From Candidatus Melainabacteria bacterium 17Bon1m (GTDB lineage Bacteria > Cyanobacteriota > Vampirovibrionia > Obscuribacterales > Obscuribacteraceae): a stretch of DNA of 64,000 nt. This document shows positions 56,924 to 64,000 of this stretch, in pieces. The position numbers and the translations under genes were made by a program. The stretch spans positions 480,001 to 544,000 of the forward strand of contig JAVLKG010000004.1 of assembly GCA_032128875.1 (NCBI GenBank), read 5' to 3'. The notes under the pieces are model-generated. The model saw nothing but the letters and a program-made list of their open reading frames with translations. It did no database searches and was not told the DNA's origin. Positions within the stretch are counted from its first letter, which is position 1, and every line of letters starts with the position of its first letter.

Positions 56924-57181
56924 ATGAATACCAGGGCAGATAAACTCCGGAACTACACAATCATCGCCAGACTGGACGATGCCATTCCGCTGAATACCGA
57001 AGAATGGGTTACTGTTGAGCGCTTGCTTAATCAAATCAGCGAATTTGTTCCGATCTCAATGCTGAACAACGTGACCGAAGCGATCATCTCCTATGCCGAT
57101 GATCAAGCAAGAAGAGGTTATTTGCTGGGTCAAGAAGACCTGGTCAAAGAGCTCAAGAATAAGGCACAGCGCATAGCCTAA
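56924..57181 (+). CDS. Small hypothetical protein
   Basis: 85-aa helical ORF with AGGTG SD, followed by a terminator. Confidence 0.6.
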   Translation: MNTRADKLRNYTIIARLDDAIPLNTEEWVTVERLLNQISEFVPISMLNNVTEAIISYADDQARRGYLLGQEDLVKELKNKAQRIA

Positions 57182-57254
57182 GTGTTATGAGATTGGTAGT
57201 GTTGGCGCTTCGCGACAGCGGCAGTCAGTCTTAGCCAATCGAAAATGCATCACT

Positions 57255-57287
57255 AAACGCCACGAAGTCGAAAGTTTCGTGGCGTTT
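57255..57287. terminator. Bidirectional intrinsic terminator
   Basis: AAACGCCACGAA-N9-TTCGTGGCGTTT between convergent genes. Confidence 0.7.
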
Positions 57288-57405
57288 GCATTTCAACACT
57301 ATCTTTCCGCGCTCACATTTTCTCGCTGAAGCCGGCAATTGGAATTACCACCACCACTGGTGCCAATCAAAAGTACTTGCTTGTAGAACATGAGTGACAG
57401 GCTGA

Positions 57406-58695
57406 CTAGCGAACGTAGCTAAGCGGATTGTTCGGCTTTCCATTGACACGCACTTCGAAGTGTAAGTGCGGCCCCGTGGAAAAACCTGTTGTGCCTTCAT
57501 ATCCGATAACGTCGCCTTTAGACACGTTCTCTCCCACCGATACTGCAGCACGCGACAAGTGAGCGTACAGCGTCGCCATATCGTTGCCGTGGGTGTTGCC
57601 ATGCCCGATGATTACGACTTTTCCGTAACCGCCATACCAACCGGTGAAGAGAACACTGCCCGAGTCAGCTGCACGGATTGCGCAGCGATTTGGACCAGCC
57701 AAATCGATACCTGTGTGGAACTTGCGCACTCGGAAAATCGGATGACTGCGCCACCCGAAAGGCGAGGTTATGTGTGCCTTGAGTGGCATCGCCATGCTGC
57801 CGGAACCCTGTTGGGCAGGCTTGTTAGAGCTTCTAGCCGCTCTCTGCATCGCCATGATTTGTGATTCCAAACGATGTGACTCGTTGGAAAGTTGTTGCTC
57901 GGCCTTTTCGTAAAAGTCGCGCTGTTTCTTCAGCTTACTTGCCACTTGCTCTTGCTCGAAGCGAGCCTTGGCAATCTCCAATGCTTTCTTTGCAAACTCA
58001 CTCACCAGCGAGCCGATCTTGTCTTTCTCGTCTGCCAGAGCGCCCTTGCGTGAATTAAGCGCGGCTGATTTCGCGCGCAATTCGTTCAGGAGTTTTTTAT
58101 CTTCTTCGGCAATGCGCTCTTGAAAGTACATGTTGTCCAGAAAGGCTTGTAGTGAGTCAATTTGAAAAAGCATTTCCAAAAAGCTCAGTCTTTGCCCTTC
58201 ATAAATTTCGCGCAGTCGTTTCGCTGCGCCCACAGAGAGCTGCTCTTCTTTTGTCTGTGTGACATTCAATACTTGAACTGTTTCATTCAGCTTATTTTCC
58301 GTACGCTTTAGCTGATGCTTAGTATCGACCAGCTGACCGGTCGCGCTGTTCAATTTCTTAGTGATACTCGACAACTTCATCATCGCCAGTTGTTCTTTCT
58401 TGCGAGCTTGAGCAACTTGCTCGTGAAGTTCGGCGCGCTTCTTTTCGATTTGGAGAAGTCTTTCTTTTGTCTTTGCAGATACATTAGGATTTTCAAGCAG
58501 CTGTCTATTTGCTGCATGAATTGTTGTCGGCGAACAAAGTGCCAGCGCCATAGAGGCAGCCAGTCCTATTGCACCAATCGCGCGAAAACGAGCTGCGCGC
58601 GACTTTTCCTTGCGTGCAACCGGGGCGGTTCGTTTTTCAAAGCCGTTAGCTGTTATCGGCATCCTAAAAGGGTCTTCCTTTCTATTACTGAACAC
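57406..58695 (-). CDS. Coiled-coil M23 peptidase (EnvC/MepM-like)
   Basis: Hydrophobic signal, long coiled coil, HTGID, YAHL, TGPHLHFEVR; start uncertain. Confidence 0.92.
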   Translation of the reverse strand: MFSNRKEDPFRMPITANGFEKRTAPVARKEKSRAARFRAIGAIGLAASMALALCSPTTIHAANRQLLENPNVSAKTKERLLQIEKKRAELHEQVAQARKKEQLAMMKLSSITKKLNSATGQLVDTKHQLKRTENKLNETVQVLNVTQTKEEQLSVGAAKRLREIYEGQRLSFLEMLFQIDSLQAFLDNMYFQERIAEEDKKLLNELRAKSAALNSRKGALADEKDKIGSLVSEFAKKALEIAKARFEQEQVASKLKKQRDFYEKAEQQLSNESHRLESQIMAMQRAARSSNKPAQQGSGSMAMPLKAHITSPFGWRSHPIFRVRKFHTGIDLAGPNRCAIRAADSGSVLFTGWYGGYGKVVIIGHGNTHGNDMATLYAHLSRAAVSVGENVSKGDVIGYEGTTGFSTGPHLHFEVRVNGKPNNPLSYVR

Positions 58696-59112
58696 GTCTT
58701 CTGTGCTTTGCAGAGTTTAAGTAGTCAAGAGGGTGACTGCTTGTCAGTAAGGGGTAGGCATGAGTTTACCATTGCCAAGCTGGAAGATTCCTACTCTTAC
58801 AAGGGCTTAAGTCCAGCTGTTTCATTGGTTTCACTAAATTTGCAGCCTTTTATTTCAGACACTCAGTCTAACCTGCCATCTGAGCGCTCGCCACAGACGT
58901 TTTTAAGGCTGTGGAACGAAATAAAGATGGCTATCTATGCGTATCTTAACGATAAGGGCACGATATAATTTTCACCGGTCTGAAGCCGGACAAGCTGGCG
59001 AAGAGTTGCTATTTCAGGCAATCGGAGCTTGTAATTTGGATTTATAGTTTTTCATTTTTGAATGTAACTGGTTTCTCATCTCCCAAAACTACAGTCAAAC
59101 AAGGTCAATCAA

Positions 59113-60555
59113 ATGTTGAAAGAAGTAGTGAAATATCCGCTGGCTATACGCGGAGTCGAGTCAAAGGAATTCAACGAAGTCAAAAGCCCCTTCAATGGGG
59201 AAGTTGTTGCTGCTATAGGGCAGGCTGATGAAAAGGCAATCGACGCAGCGCTCAGCGTAGCTGAGGACGTTTTTAAAAACGTAATGAGGCAAATGCCGGC
59301 TCACCAGCGCTCCGAAATTCTCCACAAGACCTCAAAACTGCTTCTCGAGCATAAAGAAGATATGGCGCGCACAATCGCGCTGGAAGGTGGAAAACCTATT
59401 AAGGATGCGCGTATTGAAGTTGCCCGCGCTGCAAATACTTTTTTGCTTGCCAGTCATGAAGCAATGCGCTTGGACGGCGAACAAATTCCTATGGACGTGA
59501 CTGCAGGCAATGAAAATCGAATTGGTATGGTGCTGCGTGAACCGCTCGGTATCATCGGCGGTATTACACCATTCAACTTCCCTCTTAATCTTGTTGCACA
59601 CAAAGTTGCGCCGGCAATTGCGGCCGGTAACTGCATAGTTCTAAAACCGTCGTCACAGACGCCGATCGCCTCCATTAAGCTGGGCGCGATCTTGAAGGAA
59701 GCTGGTTTGCCTGATGGTGTTTTGCAAATCATTCCTTGCCGCGGTTCAAAAGGCAACGCATTGGTGAAAGACCCGCGTCTTGCAGTTCTGACATTCACAG
59801 GCAGTCCGGAAATCGGCTGGCAGATGCGCCGCGACGCACATGCTGGGACAAGATTGGTTTTGGAATTGGGCGGTAACGCGGGCGTCATCGTACATGAAGA
59901 CGCAGACCTGGAATTGGCTGCCCGAGGCGCTGTACGCGGCGGATATGCACATGCCGGTCAAACTTGCATCTCGGTCCAACGCGTTTACGTTCACAAGAAC
60001 GTCTACAAAAAGTTCGTGGACAAATTTGTCGAATTGGTAAAAACGCTGAAAGTAGGCGATCCGCTTGATGATTCTACGGATGTCGGTCCTCTTATCGATG
60101 ACGGCGCAGTCGAAAAAACACTCGACTGGGTGGACAAAGCAGTCAAGTCTGGAGCGAAAGTTCTCTCAGGCGGCAAAGTGATAAACAATCACCTGGTCGA
60201 ACCGGTTGTACTTTCCGATACCAAAGCAGACATGCTCGTCGTCTGTCAGGAAGTCTTCGGACCGGTAGTTTCGATCATGCAATATGAAACAATCGATGAA
60301 GCGATCGCCAGGATGAATGACGGTCGCTTCGGGCTGCAAGCCGGTGTATTCACCAGTAACATCGACGTTGCATTCAAGGCTGCGCGCTCTATCGATGTCG
60401 GTGGTGTGATGGTCAACGATGCACCCACTTTCCGCTCCGATCACATGCCATACGGTGGCAGAAAAGAATCCGGACTCGGATTGGAAGGTGTTCGCTACGC
60501 CGTGCACGAGATGACACAGCCGAAATTCGTCTGTCTGAATCTCAATATAAAGTAA
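59113..60555 (+). CDS. Aldehyde dehydrogenase family protein
   Basis: ITPFNFPLN, FTGS, LELGGN, GQTCIS, EVFGP. Confidence 0.95.
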   Translation: MLKEVVKYPLAIRGVESKEFNEVKSPFNGEVVAAIGQADEKAIDAALSVAEDVFKNVMRQMPAHQRSEILHKTSKLLLEHKEDMARTIALEGGKPIKDARIEVARAANTFLLASHEAMRLDGEQIPMDVTAGNENRIGMVLREPLGIIGGITPFNFPLNLVAHKVAPAIAAGNCIVLKPSSQTPIASIKLGAILKEAGLPDGVLQIIPCRGSKGNALVKDPRLAVLTFTGSPEIGWQMRRDAHAGTRLVLELGGNAGVIVHEDADLELAARGAVRGGYAHAGQTCISVQRVYVHKNVYKKFVDKFVELVKTLKVGDPLDDSTDVGPLIDDGAVEKTLDWVDKAVKSGAKVLSGGKVINNHLVEPVVLSDTKADMLVVCQEVFGPVVSIMQYETIDEAIARMNDGRFGLQAGVFTSNIDVAFKAARSIDVGGVMVNDAPTFRSDHMPYGGRKESGLGLEGVRYAVHEMTQPKFVCLNLNIK

Positions 60556-60587
60556 GGGTACGCAAGCAAGAATAAGAGGATATCGAT

Positions 60588-61337
60588 ATGGTCGACGCCG
60601 CATCCGGCAGCCGTGGTGAATGGCAGGCTGTCAAACAAGTTGCCGGCGAACTAATCGTCTCCTGTCAGGCGAGCACGGGCGAACCGCTCTGCTCGCCTGA
60701 GCATATTCTTGCTCTTGCGCTCTCTGCCATCAATGGCGGTGCCGGTGCTTTAAGACTCGAAGGCGTAGAAAATATAAAACTAGTTCGAGCTAATACAAAA
60801 TTGCCGATAGTTGGACTTACCAAAGATGACACTATTCCACCAGGCGACCGACTGAAGAAGGTCTATATAACAGGTTCTTATGCTGACGCCGAATCTCTTG
60901 CGCAGGCAGGTGCCGATATCATTGCCCTGGATGCAACGGGCCGTCCACGTCCTGATGGTTTGACGTTGAAGGAGCAAATTGCAAAGATTCACGAGCAGCT
61001 AAAGCTACCAGTATGGGCGGATATTTCCACATTCTCTGAAGGTGTCGCGGCTCGAGAAGCCGGTGCGGATGTCATCTCTTCCACTATGTATGGATATACT
61101 GAAGAAACCGTTTTGCCGCCCGAACACGGTCCGAGTTTCGAACTTTTAAAGGATTTATGCCAACATTTGGATTGCCCAGTCATTCTCGAAGGTCGAGTCT
61201 GGCATCCTGAAGAAGTTGCACGTGCTTTTGAAGTTGGGGTGCATGCAGTCGTGGTCGGCTCAGCCATCACACGCCCGCAGTTGATCACTCAAAGATTCGT
61301 CAAAGCAATACCGGCTCGTAAAGCTAATCGCCACTAG
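60588..61337 (+). CDS. nanE: N-acetylmannosamine-6-phosphate 2-epimerase
   Basis: LIVSCQA, PIVGLTK, VYIT, LEGR, VVVGSAITRP. Confidence 0.92.
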   Translation: MVDAASGSRGEWQAVKQVAGELIVSCQASTGEPLCSPEHILALALSAINGGAGALRLEGVENIKLVRANTKLPIVGLTKDDTIPPGDRLKKVYITGSYADAESLAQAGADIIALDATGRPRPDGLTLKEQIAKIHEQLKLPVWADISTFSEGVAAREAGADVISSTMYGYTEETVLPPEHGPSFELLKDLCQHLDCPVILEGRVWHPEEVARAFEVGVHAVVVGSAITRPQLITQRFVKAIPARKANRH

Positions 61338-61355
61338 CAACTTAGGTCCCATTTA

Positions 61356-62996
61356 ATGCCGTCGCAGTTCAGCTTCTGGTTATATCCGCTGCTCATGTTT
61401 TCTGTGCTCGCTCTAGTTATGCGAGCACGCTTGGGTTTTACATGGGCCTGGGGATTTATACTGCAGGTTCTTGCCATTGGCGCGTGCGCCATAATGGGCT
61501 TAAAAGCAGGCCCGGATTGGTTGTACGCAATCATTGGCTGGATACTTTTTGTCGTATTTGCGATAATCCCTCGCGTTTTACTTACTCGTTTGGACAATTG
61601 CGTTTCATTGTTGCGTGCAAAGCAAGCAATTGATTGCGCGCATTTGTTGAAATACTTCTATTGGGGACAGCCCGGTCAGTTTTGGATCGATATGACCACG
61701 GCCAACTCGCTTTTCCTCGAGCGCCGCGTTGAAGAAGCTCTCTCAATCCTTTCGGCCTGGGAAAAGAAAAAACTTCCGAAAGCGGTTAGCGATGTGATTT
61801 ATACATATCGTCTTTCCGGTCGAGCTGTGCTCGGTCAGTGGCAGGAAATTGTTGACGAATATGAGGTCGCTGCGGCTGCCGATTCTAAGGTCTCTAATCG
61901 CTTGTCGCTTGCAGCATCCAGAGCCTATCTCGAAGTTGGCAGTGCGGACAGGGCGGCTGCAACACTAGAGCAGTCGCAACTCAATGAGTCGAGGGCAAGT
62001 TCGAAAAGTGTTGCACTTACATTGCTGCCTTACTTTGCATTGCTGGGTGCAGTTTCCGAAACCGAAAGAATGTTCGAAGTCGGTGACGAAGGAAAGATGG
62101 CATTGCCGGAGTATGTAAAACTCTATTGGCTGGCTCGCTGCAAAGTCGCTGCCAATCGAATTGAAGAAGCAAAAGAGCAGTTTCAAAAATGTATTCACTT
62201 GATTGTTGAGCAGAAAGGTCCAGCAAACTGGCAGGCCCGTGTACAACACCAGATTGAGCGTTTGGACTCAGGTGATTTAGTTCCTTTGAAAGGAAACGTC
62301 CAAAACGCCATTGCTCGCGGATTGCGAATTTTTGAGCAATGTAGTTTTGTAGAAAAGATCGTATTTCCGAACAAATCATCAGTTGTAGTTACGATACTAA
62401 TCGCATCGATTCTTGTACTGCTGGTTTTATCAGTTGAAGTTGTGCAAATTCTGCCATACCTTGTCAGCGGCTCTGAGCCTCTTAAGACCTGGCACTTGAA
62501 TGGAAGGCTTCAGCCCTCGGAAGTAATGCATGGACAGTGGTGGAGGCTTATTACTTATCTCTTTCTGCACGCTCACATATCGCATGCCTTGATCAACGTC
62601 ATTGGACTTTTTTGGTTCGGTCGCATGGCTGTGAATATTTATGGTCCGGGCAGATTTCTTTTCATCTATATAGCTTCCGGGATTCTCAGTGGCATGTGCC
62701 ACGTTCTGCTTGCGCCCCAAATGCCTGCAATTGGAGCGTCCGGCGCAGTGATGGGAATCTTTGGTGCCGTCGCCGCAGGAATCTGGCGACTCAAGGATTC
62801 ATTGCCCCGTGGCGTGCGCCGGCAAGAACTGTCATGGATGCTGGGACTTGCCCTTTCTCAAGTCGTACTCGATCAATACGTTCCACACGTCGCATCAATG
62901 GCTCACCTTGGCGGACTGGTATTTGGTTTTTTAATTGGCGTTTTGCTTCAGCCTCAAAAGCAAACACAATTCAGCGTAGCTATGCAGGAAGGATAG
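61356..62996 (+). CDS. Rhomboid intramembrane serine protease with N-terminal TM and TPR-like region
   Basis: QWWRLITYLFLH, HALIN, GASG (Ser), AHLGG (His). Confidence 0.9.
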   Translation: MPSQFSFWLYPLLMFSVLALVMRARLGFTWAWGFILQVLAIGACAIMGLKAGPDWLYAIIGWILFVVFAIIPRVLLTRLDNCVSLLRAKQAIDCAHLLKYFYWGQPGQFWIDMTTANSLFLERRVEEALSILSAWEKKKLPKAVSDVIYTYRLSGRAVLGQWQEIVDEYEVAAAADSKVSNRLSLAASRAYLEVGSADRAAATLEQSQLNESRASSKSVALTLLPYFALLGAVSETERMFEVGDEGKMALPEYVKLYWLARCKVAANRIEEAKEQFQKCIHLIVEQKGPANWQARVQHQIERLDSGDLVPLKGNVQNAIARGLRIFEQCSFVEKIVFPNKSSVVVTILIASILVLLVLSVEVVQILPYLVSGSEPLKTWHLNGRLQPSEVMHGQWWRLITYLFLHAHISHALINVIGLFWFGRMAVNIYGPGRFLFIYIASGILSGMCHVLLAPQMPAIGASGAVMGIFGAVAAGIWRLKDSLPRGVRRQELSWMLGLALSQVVLDQYVPHVASMAHLGGLVFGFLIGVLLQPQKQTQFSVAMQEG

Positions 62997-63018
62997 TCCG
63001 CGACTGTTTCTGAAACTC

Positions 63019-64000
63019 TTAAGCTACCGATTTTGGCAGGCTGAATTTGATGGTTGAGCCTGAGCCTTTTTCAGATTCGAAGTAGATTTGTCCTTGGTGG
63101 TGTTCGACGATTTTTCTGGCTATTGAAAGTCCCATTCCGGTCCTGCCGCCTTCAGGTTTCCCGTGAATGCGATGGAACAGCTTGAATATGTCACGGCACT
63201 CGTCTTGTTTGATTCCAATTCCGTTGTCTTCTACAGAAAACCACCAAACATCGGCTTCTTCATCTACCCTAATATCAATTCGCGGCAGACAATTAGGTTT
63301 TCTAAAGTCAATTGCATTGTCTAAAACCGCCTTGAAAAGATAGTGAATTTGCGCTTTGTGCCCACGCACAATTGGCAGAATAGCGCGAGTTACGGTGGCG
63401 CCGTTGCTTTCGATTTTGGAACGCATTTCATTTAGAAGATCATCTACTAGCCCGGTCAGACTTATCTCACGTGTGTCGGTTTCTTGCTTATTGATTCGCG
63501 CATAAACCCACAAATCATCCAGCATACGCTCAATTATCTTGCTCGCGTTCACAACTTTATCGATGAACTCGTCGGCGTCTGTACCCAGACGATCTTTGTA
63601 CCTGATCGAAAGCAAATTCAAATAACTGGTGACGATACTGATTGGTCCTTGCAGTTCATGGGAAACAGCAAATGCAAGGTTCTGCAGCTCTTTATGCGAT
63701 CGAGCCAAATCTTCTGCTGCTTGCTCAATCTTTTGCGCGGCTAACTTTTGATTGGTGATGTCGCGAAAAACACCGACACCGCCCACTATTTCACCCTCTT
63801 CATTCCTTAGTGGCGTAGCGTTGATACTTACCCAAACGCCGTTCGGCACATTCTCGTTGCGTATCCAAGCTTCTTCTTGAAATACGGGCTCGCCACTAAT
63901 AGCACGGGTCATCGGCAATTCTTCGGGCGGACATAAGGTCTTTTGGTCAGGTTTGAAAATCCCAAAATAGGTCGGCCAAATGTCTTGCTTACTGTCTGTG
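63019..64000 (-). CDS. PAS-domain sensor histidine kinase (C-terminal part; starts beyond the window)
   Basis: FRDIT, SHELQGP, EDNGIG, GMGLSIA; frame open to the window edge. Confidence 0.9.
   Translation of the reverse strand, partial: TDSKQDIWPTYFGIFKPDQKTLCPPEELPMTRAISGEPVFQEEAWIRNENVPNGVWVSINATPLRNEEGEIVGGVGVFRDITNQKLAAQKIEQAAEDLARSHKELQNLAFAVSHELQGPISIVTSYLNLLSIRYKDRLGTDADEFIDKVVNASKIIERMLDDLWVYARINKQETDTREISLTGLVDDLLNEMRSKIESNGATVTRAILPIVRGHKAQIHYLFKAVLDNAIDFRKPNCLPRIDIRVDEEADVWWFSVEDNGIGIKQDECRDIFKLFHRIHGKPEGGRTGMGLSIARKIVEHHQGQIYFESEKGSGSTIKFSLPKSVA

Noticed and set aside
16099-60308. Cyanobacterial HIP1 (GCGATCGC) enrichment
   Set aside because: Only a few copies noticed (16099, 40521, 60301); no obvious over-representation by eye

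Overview
Gene-dense bacterial chromosomal window with about 50 CDSs. I recognised no rRNA, canonical tRNA, CRISPR array or intact IS element. The zwf-opcA-pgl-gnd operon, glyA followed by a WecA/MraY-family gene, a loop-less CC-adding enzyme, a DUF1822-like protein and the absence of photosynthesis genes suggest a non-photosynthetic Cyanobacteriota relative (Melainabacteria/Vampirovibrionia-like); this is inference only. Housekeeping genes alternate with dense signalling and protease genes. The best candidate for a new system is at 27.3-35.4 kb: a sigma-70/ECF-like factor fused to three ComEA-type helix-hairpin-helix modules, a DUF1822/PatU-like partner, a zinc-ribbon membrane protein, a zinc-ribbon Ser/Thr kinase and a TPR protein, transcribed divergently from a membrane-anchored trypsin-like protease-DUF4384 fusion and a secreted DUF4384 protein. 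Also notable: a secreted TPR-CHAT protease beside two paralogous membrane kinases; an IS1595-derived gene whose DDE core appears replaced by a winged helix; six copies of a 28-bp intergenic palindrome; a cryptic papain-fold protein in a three-gene cluster; an sbtA remnant; and two structured intergenic RNA candidates. All family assignments come from reading motifs by eye, not from database searches.
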